From Vicugna vicugna (lineage: Eukaryota), in NCBI GenBank assembly GCA_013265495.1, contig MU058418.1, positions 620,001-684,000 on the forward strand: a stretch of DNA of 64,000 nucleotides. Direction: 5' to 3'. Of the stretch, positions 38,044 through 51,162 are shown piece after piece. Under the pieces are notes generated by a model that ran no database searches, was not told the DNA's origin, and saw only the letters and a list, made by a program, of their open reading frames with translations. Numbering within the stretch: the stretch's first letter is position 1; each line of letters starts with the position of its first letter. Position numbers and translations under genes: made by a program.

Positions 38044-41000
38044 CTGGATGGGGAGCACAGAGAGGGAGGCCGTGAGATGGTGGGCCAAGGGCCTTAGCGC
38101 CCCACTTGGCCCTGAGTGACCTCCTGTGACAGAGAAAGGCTCCGAATGCCTGCTCTTGCCAGGATCCTGGAGCACCAAGGCCATTCCTAGAGGCAGCCCC
38201 CCGCCTCCACCTGTGTGGACGTTCTCTGCTCTCCTGGGCGCTAGAGCATTGGGAAATGGCTGTCCTTCAGCAGGCTGAAATGCTGATCCATGTTAGAGTT
38301 TCAAAGACCCTCCTGCTCAGTTCTGTCTCAGTGGGCCTGGGTCTCCTGGAACCGGGTACTTGGTGACAGAGAACCCTTGCTCCGAAGAAGTTCCAAATAG
38401 GCCTCTGCGGTGCTGTGAGGCCAAAATGACTTCAGGTCCTTTCTGCCTCCGCTCGTGTCACACTGAGACAATAAACATGTGGCAGAATGGAGGGGCATTT
38501 TAGTGCTTGTCGTGGGTCTCTGCCACCAGGCTGTGGAAGCCCTGTCTGTGAGATGTCTGTGCCTTGCTCTGCACGTGCAGAAAGAAGACGTCGCTGTCTC
38601 ACTCACCGCTCCACCTTCACACTGAGTGCCTCCAGCCCTCCGTCTGTCAGAGCACTCACTCCAGTCTCCCAACTAGACGGGGGAGCCCTTGACAACAAGA
38701 GCCCAGTCCTGTGCCTGGTCTACACCTGGTCCCTGATCAGTGACTGCAGCATGAGTTGCATTGTTGCATCAATGCACTTCCCACATGGCAGATTAAAAGG
38801 TGCAGAACTAGTGAAGGAGGAAGGGTAGTGGATCAGAGGCCTGGCAATATTTAGGGGGTGACTTTTTCTCTGTATGTCCCAAACTAACTCATCCTTTGTC
38901 CAGAATCAGCTTCTCTTCCTATCTCTCATGTTTCTAAAACCTCTACCTCCTGCCCCTTATTTGCTCCCTGCATTTGAGTACTCTGAAGCTCTTGGAATAA
39001 TGCCTCTCACATTGGCCCCTTCCCTTCCATCCCTGCTTTCCCAACCCAGGATCCTCTTACTCAACCCCTGCAAAGGTTTTCTAACAGGTATCCTCACCCC
39101 GGGCTCCCTTCCTGCTAGAGCAAAACTGCCACTGCCACATGCTCTCCCTAGTTCCAGCTCCACCATGCCCCTTGTGAATACCCCTCGCCTGTGCACTGAG
39201 TCCACATTCCAGTGCAAGGTCAAGGGCTCCCTTTGGTCTCAGTAACATCTTTCCTGCCTAGATGGAGGGAAGAGCAATCCTGGCACTGCCTGTGACTAAC
39301 TATAAAATGGCAATGCTCTCCACCTGGAAGGGCAAGTGAGTTTGGAAATAACGTCAGGGCTGGGCCTGTGGCTGGCCTGCATGAGATGGTCCGCAGAGGG
39401 AAGGAGGTGCATTGCCTGCCTACCCACCCTCCTGCACAGCCTGTCTGGGTACACTGGTTGTGACTGAATGTTCCCCCAGCACCCAGCTTAGCTGGTGCTT
39501 TTGCTTCTCTCTGGAAGGTGTTTACCCTCCCTCCTTTTCAAAGAAATTCTCTAAGCCATCGAAGCCCTGGTAGACCCCTTCATGTGCAGCATCTCTGTGT
39601 CCTGCCATCTGGATGTCGCCTTGCTCTACCTTTAACCCCCAAATCTTTGCTTGCTCTTCCCTTAAGATGCTCTCTACATTCTGCCTTATATTAGAAGTGT
39701 GCATGTGCTTGTCTGTAACCTCCAGTTAGTTTTAATTTCTGGAGAATGATCTTTTTCAACTTTCCCCTATTCATTCCACAAATATCAACAGGGCATCTCT
39801 TCTGTACCAGGTCCTGGGCAACGTGTTTGGTGAAAAATGGGATCCTCTCATTACAAGGTTTATAATCATTGACTCCTCCGCAGTTCCAAGCAAAATATTT
39901 GTACATATAAGTCTAATGAACATAAAACGAAAGAAACAGTACAAGTAACTCTTACAAAAAGCTTTGTGTAAGTAATCCTTAATCCTATTTTCATCTGAGC
40001 AATGAAGCAGCTTCCCTACAGAATAATTCTAAGTTAGAAGCTGAGAAGCCTTCACTTCCATTTCCCTCCTTTAATCTCAGAGTGCAGTGGTTTTTTGCTG
40101 TCTCTTTTTTCCCTCTTCTTTTCAACATGTTTGAGAAGTGCATGGGTCTCCATTAGTGCTGAGAAAAGTACAGCATCACGTTTCTGAGTCTGTCCTAAAC
40201 ACATAATGTTTGAGAATTGGGATTTCTTTGAGATTGTCCCTGCCTTTTCCTTGCTGGACCTGCAAGGGTCCCCTAAGGTGGCACGGGGTGGGGTGGGGCA
40301 CTTTGCCAGGAAACTGTTCATGCACCCCGGGGCCATCTGAATGCTGATGCATGCTTATTAGGCATGATTTCACTGCATTTAAAGACATCTGCACTCAACA
40401 CAGGGAGGAGGCATCACGGAAATCGCATTTGCCTTTGGATCCCGCCCCATCGGAGCATTGGTGGCAATCAGGGTGATAATAGATGCTCTGATTACAAAGG
40501 CGGGACATCTTCAGTGCCAAGAATGATTTTAGAGTGATCAGAGCAGAGGTCAAATCTAATTCCCTGTGCTTGACAGGAAGGAAAAACACCAGACCGACTC
40601 ACAGCCTCGTTCATGGAGCCTAAAGTCCTTCAAGTAAGATCAGGGAAATACCTTCCCATGAGCCACAGCCATGGGGCTGAGGACGAGGACTGGCTTGTCT
40701 TTATGGGGGAGGCTTTCCAGGTGATGAATGTGGAGGGATGTGGCTCTGCTCCAGGTGCCTCGCACAGGCCGTGGGCATTTTCACTTTCCCAGGCTGGAGC
40801 AGCAGCAGCGGGGCCTGGCTGGGGGGCCTCTCTGAGGGGCCAGTAAGGTCAGTCATACAAGACAGAGAGCAGCCGGAAGCCTGTTGCACCTCAGGAGCTG
40901 CTCAGGATCCAAAGCACATCAACTCACTCTAGAAGGAAGAGAGAGGGAACTTTCCAGCGGCATGGAAGCGGCAGGGCCTTTGCAGTGGTCTGTGCTCACA

Positions 41001-43394
41001 AAGATAAGTACACCAGCCCCTCCAGCTGCTGCAAAGGTGTCAGGAAGACAGATGGGTCCAGCCTGACGCAGCCAGGCCAGGCAGATGGGACTGGTCAGCG
41101 GTCAGACATGATGGATGTGAAACAATGTTGCTCCTAAAGGAACAGAGCATGCAAAGCGCTCGCCAACCTCCTTTGTGGGAAGGTGGCATTCTCCAGGGAG
41201 GAGACCATCGTGCATGGTCAGATCTGTTCACTGGGCGCTGCCAGAGACATGTGTAAAGTGAAACCCAGCTGTGAACGGATGTATAATGAAAGATGGTGGT
41301 GGCTGTTTCTAACACTGAACTCACATTCACCAGGAATAGAGTGACTATGAATCAGTGTCTAAAGCAACCCTAGACATCTTCACAGCACAGGTTCCTGAGC
41401 TGCTGCCTGTGAGTCGCCCCCTGTCTCACACATACCCACCAGCACATACATAATTTCCTTTTGCTCGTTCATAATTCAGAGAAAACTTTTTAGCTGACAA
41501 TAGAGTCATGGGGAAGAATGGAAGGAACAATGAGGTGTAAATCAGAAGTTCCCACCACCCACCCGCTTTGTGAGCATCTCCGGTGTGAAGTAAGGGAGCT
41601 GGGAAGGATATCTGAGGTCCCTTCACACCACAGGATGTCCCAGGCAATACTACGGAGCTACCTGCTCACACATTTGAAGCCCTGTCAGTGTGTTCGTGTG
41701 AAAAGCACGGTGAATGCAGAGCCAACAGCCAGGACTGGAGCCCCTTCCTGGCCCTAATCATTCTATTCTCTGTGGGCCTCAGTTTCTTCATCTTATTTCT
41801 CAAGAGTATTGTAAGAATCAAGTGAAGATGTGGCTTTGGGCTGGAGCCTGACAAGAAGCATCCTGAAGGGAAGCCCATTAGTCTCCAAAAGGGGTCCCTC
41901 GGGGTCCTTCAGTATTGTTGACAACTGTCCCTCTGGAAATGGACGCTGTCAGAGAACAGGACCACGTGTCCTGCTCACAGCTCCATCCTTAAAGCCCCTG
42001 GCATACTGTGCTCAGGAAGTATCTGCTGGCCAGGACTGAACAAAATCTCTGAGTCTTGGTTGTCTTGCCTGTCAGACACCTACCATGTTGTGAGGATTAA
42101 ATGGGACAATGTGAAGCATTAAACAGAAAGACTTACTCAAAAAGTAGTTGCTATTCTTCTTATTACACATCATTCCATAAAGGCCAATAGATTTGTCTCC
42201 CTATATCCTGTGGCCATCAGCTCACTTCCCTGTTCAGAAATGTCTGATTTCCACAGAGGACAGAAAGTCCAATCTGCTTGACATGAATCCCAAATCTCCC
42301 AGCGTACTTTCCCTCAGTGTCCCTGCACAAACTCTTTTCTTTCCTCAGAATGAAAAAGGCCTTGCCACGCCTTCACTCATTCCACCGCCTCACAAAGAGT
42401 GCTATCCCGGTTCTTCTTTTTCTGGCTGAGCAATTCTCTATCCATCCGCAATGCCATACCCTATGGAATCAAACTCCAACCCATGGAAAGCCTGAGGGTG
42501 GGAATAACAATGCCAGCTTCACTTCAGTTCTGAAGCCTGGACCTACTTGTGGCTGGGAATTCTACAGCATGTCCTGTTAAATGCAAAAGTCAGGAAGCTT
42601 TGTTATCCAAAACCCCGTTATCATTCTTGGGGATTATATCTTGGATGAAAGACAAAGGAGAGCTCTCCAATTTTCACCTGAGTAGCAGCAAAAAACGGGA
42701 ACATGTCCTGTGAATATACCCCCTCAGAGTCCACTGGCAGAGGCAATGAGCCTGATAGATCAAGGCAGCAGGAGGCTAGGGTAAGTATTCACAGGGAAAG
42801 AAGCCTGGGAAGTTTGTCATGTCACCGATACCTACTGTCCTGCCTGCAGCCTTAAGCCATTTTCTGGCTTCTGTGGTTTTAAACCATTTTGATTTGCACC
42901 ATGGGGGAAAATCCACTTCTGGGTCCCTTCCAGGTTTATGACTTGGGTCAAACCTTCTTTAAGAGATACGGTTTCTTAATATCAACTGCTTTCACTTGGG
43001 ATGCAATTTCAGAGCAAGACTGAGCACTTCTTTGGGCAGAGGGAAAACTTAACAGCTCTCCAGAGAGCCCACAGCTGGCACCCGGACTGGCAGCTGGGAG
43101 ACAAATAGGTAAGGAAACCAGAGGTTTTCTCTCCTACTCTAATGTACTGTCACTCAGTTCAGCGTGGTTTATCTCCGTGGTTTCCAGATGTGTTTAGCTG
43201 TGCAAACTCTGTTCAAGAAACACAAATGTGGAACCTTACTCTGCAAATGTGAAGAGACCCTGGTTAAAGAGGGTGGTGTTGGAGTCCTGTCTGCCCCATC
43301 CCCTCCCTGTGCTCCCCTGGAACCTCAGAGGGACCCCTTGACACCCCCTGAAACCAGTGAGCATGGTTTGAAAACCCCTGAGGCAGTTTTGAAA

Positions 43395-43610
43395 GACACA
43401 GGCTTTAGAGCCAGTTGAAGTCAAATCCTGGCTCAACACTGGACTGACCTTCTCTTGATCTTCACTTGCTTTATCTGTAAATTGAATATAATAATACCTT
43501 CGACAATAATATATATACCTGCTATAATAAGAAGTTATAAAATACAACTTATAACAAGTTGTAAGTAATGTGTGCAAAGTGTCTGACCCATAGTAGGTGC
43601 TCAATAAACA
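43395..43610 (+). mobile_element. MIR SINE
   Basis: tcaaatcctggctcaacact...tctgtaaattgaatataataatacct...catagtaggtgctcaataaa. Confidence 0.65.
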
Positions 43611-43814
43611 GCTATTTAGGATATGTCTCGAACAAGCAGGCCCCTTTCCTGGGGCTGCAGAGGATTCAAATACAAGTGAGAGACCTCAGGAGGCTGCGAG
43701 TCTGGCTCCTACTGTGGGACGGGGAAGAGGAAGTACTAGAGATGAGGAGCGAAGAGCCACAGGAGGAAACAGGAGGGAATGAACATTTCTAATCAAGAGT
43801 GGCTGAGACTGCCA

Positions 43815-44100
43815 GTTGCCTGCCCAATTTTTTCCCACTTCTTCCTTTGCAATAGAAGCCCTGATTTCCAGTTAGGATCACGACTGATTAGAATTGAAAC
43901 CATACTTCCCAGCTTCTCTTGCAGTAAGTGGTCATGTGACCACATTCTGGCCAATGAGATGTAAGCAGACGTGGAAACCACTTTCAGAGATTCCAGCACC
44001 ACCCTCTGTCCTCTTACTCTCCCCAAATCTTTCCTCTGTCTTGATGCTAAGAATATGTATGGCCAGCTGGCTCTTTCTGGATCTGTGGTTCCATGAACCA
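43815..44100 (+). mobile_element. Old MaLR/ERVL LTR fragment
   Basis: ttcccagcttctcttgcagtaagtggtcatgtgaccacattctggccaatgagatgtaagcaga. Confidence 0.6.
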
Positions 44101-44884
44101 TCCTGAAGAAGGCACTGATTAAACGGAATCTTTGGAATATCAAAGAGTTAATGCACCTACAAAGGGTGAATAATTTCATTTTTCTTCAGTGTATCACAAA
44201 AGCTCAAAATGAACTTCAGCTGTTACATCCTGCAGCACTTTACTCCAAGGAGCCTGGGTGGTGTGTGATTTTGAACATCCCACAACCCTGTGGGGTCCTG
44301 CTGATTATAAACTAGTCTAATTTTCAGCATGTCAGGCAAAAGTTCTCGTGACTATTTCTAAGTTGTAAAAGAGACAATCAATACTCAGGTTACAGTTAGT
44401 GGTTTGCTTGGAGTGGAAGGCGGCAGGCGCTGGTGGGCTCTGTTTCTCTGCCCTCACCCAAGATTCTGAGAGGCACAAGTCCGGCGCTAGCAAGGCTCTC
44501 CTGGGATGCAACCGAGGCTCCGACAGAGAGGGCTTTCTCAGATCCCCCATGGCTGAGGGAACAGTGCCCTGCCTCTTGGAACTGCCACCCCTCCTTGGCC
44601 AGCAGAGGCTCATCTGGTGTGGTGAGGCTCTTTGAGGGGAGCGTGTGGAGGACTTTGGATCATAATAAATAGCTCATTGCTGTGGCTGTCAGGGCTATGG
44701 ATGGACACCTCCAAGGCTCGGAACAAAAATGCCAAGAAGACAGTCAGCCCAAGGAAGGCACCAGAGGGGCAAGATGAAGACTCCCTGACTCCCTGGCCTG
44801 GGGCCTCCATCCTTCAGCACTTCTTCAGTGTGGGGTTGATGGGCTACGATCTACTGAGGGGTGGTTCACATGATCTGTGACCAC

Positions 44885-45110
44885 TAACACTTACTGAGCT
44901 CTTATTAAGTCCTAGGTCTTGTACTAAATACATATTGAACTTATTTAATCCTCCCAACAAAACTATGCGGTAGGTGCTGTCATTATTATTCCAGTTTCAC
45001 AGACGAGGAACTGAGGTACAGAGAAGTTCAGGCTTGCAAAAGATCACAGGGTCAGGAAGTGGCATATCCAGGATTTCAGTCTGGGCCGTCTGGCTCTGCA
45101 GTCCATGTGA
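44885..45110 (-). mobile_element. MIR SINE
   Basis: atttaatcctcccaacaaaactatgcggtagg...gtttcacagacgaggaactgaggtacagagaagtt. Confidence 0.8.
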
Positions 45111-45429
45111 CTATACCTTCCAGCCTCTATTCATTAACAAAATACTGAAGCTTGAAAATGTGTTTTTTTTTTTTTTAAGAACATAAATCAAAATGGATGC
45201 CAAGCCATCCTGAGAATGACAGCACTTTCAGACACTGCATCCCAACAAGCTAACTCTAACGGGTGAGGCAGACGTGGCATCACAACCAGCACGGGGGCAA
45301 TTTTATCTAACTCTGGCTCTGCCCACGTATTTGTGCCCTGCAAGAGTCACCCACTGTGCAAGAGAAAATGCTTTACCAACCTCTGGTTCTTCTCTTCCTG
45401 GCACAGAGCTAGTCTACACCGCTCAGACT

Positions 45430-45735
45430 CCCTTAGAGTTAAGCGTGGTAAAATGGCCAGCTCTTGCCGACAGAATGTGAGTGGAAGTGGTGGGTCACTT
45501 CCAGGCTCTAGGGAAGTGCATGTGCCTTCTCCATTTGCCCTTTGCTTTCTACCTGCCAGAGGCACAGGCGTGGAGGCTGTAGGGAGAGCAGAGCCACAGA
45601 CAGACAGATCCGGGGTCCCTGAACCAATCAGGAACACCCACCTTGGATGCCTGCATAAATAATAAACTTCTGTTGTGTTTGAGCCGCTGTGCATTTTAGA
45701 TTCCACTATCCCTACACCTAGCCTACTCTGACACA
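45430..45735 (+). mobile_element. Old MLT1 (I/J-like) LTR fragment
   Basis: cagaatgtgagtggaagtg...cacttccaggc...aataaacttctgttgtgtttgagccgctg. Confidence 0.6.
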
Positions 45736-45859
45736 CCATCTTCTTTGCTTACGGTCAAAGGTTGAAGTCAGCTGCCTTCAAGAGCAACAAAAATCCATGA
45801 AGGGGTTTGTGGAAACTTCTAATTCTCCAGTGTTCCCATGTTCAAACAGCAGCCCCCCT

Positions 45860-45891
45860 ACACACACACACGCACACACACACACACACAC
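45860..45891 (+). repeat. (CA)n microsatellite
   Basis: Direct reading; one interruption. Confidence 0.95.
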
Positions 45892-45972
45892 CGTCCCTCC
45901 ACATTTGGAGGTCTCCCAGGGCAAGGGCAGAGGAGGTTAGGTCGTGGGGAACCCGGGCAGGCAATACGTTAC

Positions 45973-46263
45973 CACATCTGTTTCCTTCGAGAGAGGTCCC
46001 GTTTCTCTTGGGGCTGCAGCCAGGGGGTCTCAGCCCAGGTGCTGAGGGGCCTCCAGAGGACATGGGGCTCATGCGGGGACCACCGGCAGTGGTGGCTGAG
46101 CCTCCCCCCAGGTGGCCGTCTCCGGAGTTCTGCCTCTTGCAGTAGAGCGACGAGGAGGCGGGCAGGGAGCCCCTGTGGCTGAAGGCGGAGGCGGAGGGAT
46201 CCACGCTGTAGCGGTGCATGCCCGCGGGGCTCACCCGGCACTCCTCGGCCGTGGCTGTTTTCT
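45973..46263 (-). CDS. SCML4: SCML4 internal coding exon (Ser/Gly/Pro-rich linker), 291 nt, phase 1-1
   Basis: Translates (E)[54 protein letters not shown]...[14 protein letters not shown]. Acceptor cttcttgcttag at 46265-46264; donor G|GTAACG at 45972; in frame with both neighbours. Confidence 0.93.
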
Positions 46264-46283
46264 CTAAGCAAGAAGGCAGGACA

Positions 46284-47169
46284 TTCAATATCACTAATTA
46301 TCAGAGAAATGCAAATCAAAACTACAATGAGGTATCACCTCACCCCAGTCAGAATGGCCGTCATTCAAAAATCCACAAATGACAAATGCTGGAGAGGCTG
46401 TGGAGAAAGGGGAACCCTCCTACACTGCTGGTGGGAATGCAGTTTGGTGCAGCCACTATGGAAAACAGTGTGGAGATTCCTCAAAAGACTAGGAATAGAC
46501 TTACCATATGACCCAGGAATCCCACTCCTGGGCTTGTATCCAGAAGGAAATCTACTTCAGGATGACACCTGCACTCCAATGTTCATAGCAGCACTATTTA
46601 CAATAGCCAAAACATGGAAACAGCCTAAATGTCCATCAACAGGTGACTGGATAAAGAAGGTGTGGTATATTTATACAATGGAATACTACTCAGCCATAAA
46701 AACCGACAACATAATGCCATTTGCAGCAACATGGATGCTCCTAGAGAATGTCATTCTAAGTGAAGTAAGCCAGAAAGAGAAAGAAAAATACCATATGAGA
46801 TCGCTCATATGTGGAATCTAAAAAACAAAAACAAACAAAAACAAAGCATAAATACAGGACAGAAATAGACTCATGGACAGAGAATACAGACTTGTGGTTA
46901 CCAGGGGGGTAGAGGGTGGGAAGGGATAGACTGGGATTTCAAAATTGTAGAATAGATAAACAAGATTACACTGTATAGCACAGGGAAATATACACAAAAT
47001 ATTATGATAAATCACAGAGAAAAAAATGTGACAATGAGTGTGTATATGTCCATGAATGACTGAAAAATTGTGCTGAACACTGAAATTTGACACAACATTG
47101 TAAAATGATTATAAATCAATAAAAAATGTTAAAAAAAATTAAAAAAAAAAGAACGAGAAAAAAAAAAAA
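46284..47169 (+). mobile_element. Young 5'-truncated LINE-1 (ORF2 C-terminus, 3' UTR, poly-A), antisense to SCML4
   Basis: Uninterrupted ORF 46309-46821 ([17 protein letters not shown]...HCWWEC...SLICGI*) is the L1 ORF2 cysteine-rich C-terminus. A-tail; perfect TSD AAGGCAGGACA at 46273-46283 and 47170-47180. Confidence 0.95.
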
Positions 47170-47759
47170 AAGGCAGGACAGAGAAGCAGAGATCAGAGAG
47201 CAGGCAGTTCAACAGGCCACCCGGCACTCAGTCTTGGCAAAACTTTTCCCAGCAGCACGGGGCCCATCTGTGGGGATGGGCGATGAGATGGAATGGACCT
47301 CACGGCATATTTCCAAATAGCTCGCCTCCTCAGATGGACACCTGCCTCACCAAGGAAGCATATCGTAGGAGGGACTCAAAGATGTGTCCCTCCATGTTCA
47401 GAGGAAAACGGGATTATCTTGGTTATCGGTGACTTGGACATAAAATTCAAACCAAGCTTTCTTCTCCTCCATGGCTCTGCCGCTCCGGCAGTCTCTGCCA
47501 GCTTGTCTGAATCTCCCTGCTCCCTCTTCTCTTGCCCAGCACCACTGCCTCCCCTACTGGGCCCAGGATTCCTCGGAGAGATCAAGCTGGAGTAACAGTG
47601 TTCCAGAGCTGGAAGAAACAGCTTTGGACTGGGTACCAACACACATGTGATGCTGCTTCCTCCCTGAACTTTTAGTCACAATTCACATGAGGGGAGGGAC
47701 CTTCCACCAAAGATAGCAAACTGGGGGCACAAATGCTGATCCGGTGGCCCCATGGCCAC

Positions 47760-49010
47760 ATGTATAGGTCTACGTTCAACTGATTTCCAACAGAGGTGCC
47801 AAGATCATGCAAAAGGAAAAGAATGGTCTTTTCCACGACTGGTGCTGGGACAACTGGATATCCACATATAAACAATGAAATTGAATCCTTGCATCATACC
47901 ATGTAGAAAAAATGAACTTGAAATGGATCAAAGACCTAAATATCAGAACAAAAGCTTATAAAACCCTTAAAAGGAAACATGGGGGTAAATTTTCATGACC
48001 TTGTGTTTAGCAATACATTCTTAGATTTGACACCAAAAGCATGAGCAACAAAAGAAAAAAACAGATCAACTGGGTTTATCAACACTTAAAACTTTTTAAT
48101 TTTGAAAGATTCTATCAAAAAAGTGAAAAGATAACCAACAGAATGGGAGAAATTCCTTGCAAATCATATACCTGATAAAGAGAACTCTAGACATTCCCTT
48201 GAAGAAGATATACAAATGGCCAATAAGCACATGAAATCTTGTTCCAAATCAATAGTAATTGGGAAATGCAAATTAAAACCACATTGAGGTACCACTTCAC
48301 AATCACTAGGATGATTATATTCAAAAAGCCAGATGATATCAACTGTTGGTGATATTGTAGAGAAATTGGGACCCTTATACGCTGCTGGTGAGAATGTAAA
48401 ATGATGCAGCCTTTTTAGAAAACAGTTTGGCACCTCCTCAAATGGTTAAAAGTAAATTCACCATATGACCCAGTAGTTCTCCTCCTAGAGAAAGCCCAAG
48501 AGAAATGAAATTTCCACACAAAAATGTATACATGAATATTTATAGAAGCACTATTCTTAATAGCCAAAGGTGGAAACAACCCAAATAGCTATCAATTGAT
48601 GAATGGATAAACAAAATGTAGTATATCTATACTATGGAATATTATTCAGGCATAAAAAGGAATGAAGTACTGATCCCTGCTACAGTGTGAATGAGCCTTG
48701 GAATGCTATGCTAAGAAACCAGGCCACAAAAGACCACATACTAAATGATTTCATTTGTATGAAATGCTAGGGTAGGCAAATCTATAGAGACGAAAAGTAG
48801 ATTAGTGGTTGCTTAGGACTTAGGGGTTGGGGGAATAGTGGGGGTTCTTAGCTAAAGGATGTGTGGTGTTTGAGGTGTTAAAAACTTTCTACAATTGACT
48901 GGGGCAATACTTGCACATATCCATGAATATACTAAAAACCATTGAATTGTACACTTTAAATGGGTGAATTGTATGATATATGAATTATACCTCAATAAAG
49001 CCATTTTAAA
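47760..49010 (+). mobile_element. Older L1MA/L1MB-type 3' fragment
   Basis: Decayed ORF2 (ggtgctgggacaactggatatccac, aatggatcaaagacctaaat) and a typical end ccattgaattgtacactttaaatgggtgaattgtatg...ctcaataaagc. Confidence 0.88.
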
Positions 49011-50369
49011 AAGGTCATTGCAAAGGCCCAATGTTTGGTTGTGAACACATTCTTGAGAGTGTTGTATGGTCAGGTCCGACACCACTTTGGCCACTAGGAC
49101 ACAGGGAATCTGAGCAGCAAAAAGTATGCACACTCTGTGCCTCATGCTTTGTGGCTAATGCAGTGCTGCACGATGACTTCAGGAAACTGGAAGTCTGCAC
49201 CTGCACCTGGATGGCCCCTATTGCATCTTCCCTCGGGGTCAGAAGACATCAGCAGGAAGGACCTGGCTATTGAACTGTATACTAGGCTGCTTCCTGAATG
49301 GACTGAGGAAGAGGAAGACTGACATTTACTGAGCACCTACTATGGGGCAGCACATTCCAAACCAGTGATCAGGAAAGCTGCCATCACATTCCCTTTGTTG
49401 GAAAGTTTTCATTCTCTGGGATACTAATCCTTTTGGTGTCCCCAGTGGCAGGTGCTCTGGTATATATGAGGAAGCTACTCACAGCGTCTGGCATGGTGCT
49501 TGGCACACAAAGGGCACTAAATAAGTATTTATTAAGTAGAAATTTGGGCAGTAAGGCTGGTGTTACACAGAAGATACATTAAAATTCAGATTTTAAAGGA
49601 TTAAATATAAATGCTTCATGTTAGATGTATGATAAACAATGAAAAAAGGACCTAACTAAAACATTCATTCTATTTATTAAATATTTTAAACCCAAATTAA
49701 ATATGCCTATGTAATTCTGGTAGTCTAAGGTAGAAATGCAGATAGTTCACCAATCTGCACTATAGCTGGAAAATACAGATGCAGATGGAATATTGTTCTC
49801 CTATGACAATGTGGGGAAATGGGGAACAAGGGAGCATGGATTTTATTGGCTTAAAAACTGCTGACAACCATGGGTGAGATCAAAGGTAGTAAAAGCCAGC
49901 TTCTGGGCTATGATCCAAACAAATTCATCGGAAAGTAAAATCGACTTGAGAGAGCATCAAGCAATAGTCCTCTACCCAGCAAAGGATGCACCCATGATTC
50001 CGAAGGCAGCCAGGTGCACGGCCGTGGAGGCCAGACCACCAAGCCCCAGCCGTGATCCTGCACAGCCTGTAGCTCCCAGGAATTCTGGGAGTGATTAGCA
50101 CGTTCAGGTGCACACACCAGGGTGCTGTTCAGAATTGATGAGACGCATCTGCTCAAACCTGCTTAAAACAGCCTTTTCCTCACCTTTATAAATAGCAGTG
50201 CGCACACTGACATCACACCTGAGTGTAAAAATGACTGATACAATGAGGGCCATCATCATGCAACCATAGGGCTGGAAAGGCCCTTCACAAAGCACCCAGC
50301 CCAGCATTTTCCCAGGTGTTAAATGTGTGCCACTGGTGGGACAGGAATGATTTTTGGTGATACTTTGGT

Positions 50370-50810
50370 CTATTAGTTTCCAAAGGCTGCAGACACTACC
50401 ACAAACTTGGTGGCTTAAAACAACAGAAATATATTGTCTCCTAGTTCTGGACACTCAAGTCTGAAATCAAGGTGTCGGCAGGGCCATGCTCTCTCTGCAG
50501 GCTCTAGAGGAAGATGCTTCTTTGCCTCTACCTGCTTCTGGTGGTAGCCAACAATCCGTGGTGCCCGTTGGCTATAGACACACCACTCCAATCTCTGCCG
50601 CTGTTGTCACATGGGATTCTCCCTGGGTGTGTCTGTATCCAAATTTCCCTTTTCTTATAAGAACACCAGTCATTGGATTAGTGTACATAATCCAGTGTGA
50701 ACTCATTTTAACTTCATTACATCTACAAAGACCCTATTTCCAAAAAAGGTCCCTTTCACAAGTACCCATGGTTAGGACTTGAACATATATCTTTTTGGAA
50801 GACACAGAAA
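50370..50810 (-). mobile_element. MLT1B/C-like MaLR LTR
   Basis: accacaaacttggtggcttaaaacaacagaaat...gtctgaaatcaaggtgtcggcagggccatgctc...aagaccctatttccaaa. Confidence 0.85.
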
Positions 50811-51094
50811 CAGGTAAGCGTTATTTTTTTTATAGTCATATATTTTAGAGTACAGCAATAAAATATAATTAGCCCATCAAACTATATTTTAATGATAAGG
50901 TATCACTACTTAAGATGACTAAAGGCTAAGACTAAACAAAATGAATCCATTTAAAGGAATTTCCTGAGGAAACACTTCTATAGGTTTTACTTAAATATAG
51001 CAAAAACTGTGACGGTGCCTTGAGCTGACCCCAACTCTTCTTTTCAGGCAGGGTGGTGTCTCAAGAGGAAAAGAAAGTAAATAACTGAGCCTCT

Positions 51095-51162
51095 CACTGT
51101 ACACTGGAAATTGACACAACAATATAAAATGACTGTAATTCAATTTTTAAAAATGTTTAAAA
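51095..51162 (+). mobile_element. Very short L1 3' tip
   Basis: acactggaaattgacacaac...aaaatgact matches the L1 ends at 47.08 kb. Flanked by aaataactgagcctct / aaataacagcctct (probable TSD). Confidence 0.7.

Noticed and set aside
46309..46821. 170-aa ORF as a host gene
   Set aside because: It is the C-terminus of L1 ORF2 in a 5'-truncated copy with no promoter, endonuclease or RT domain.
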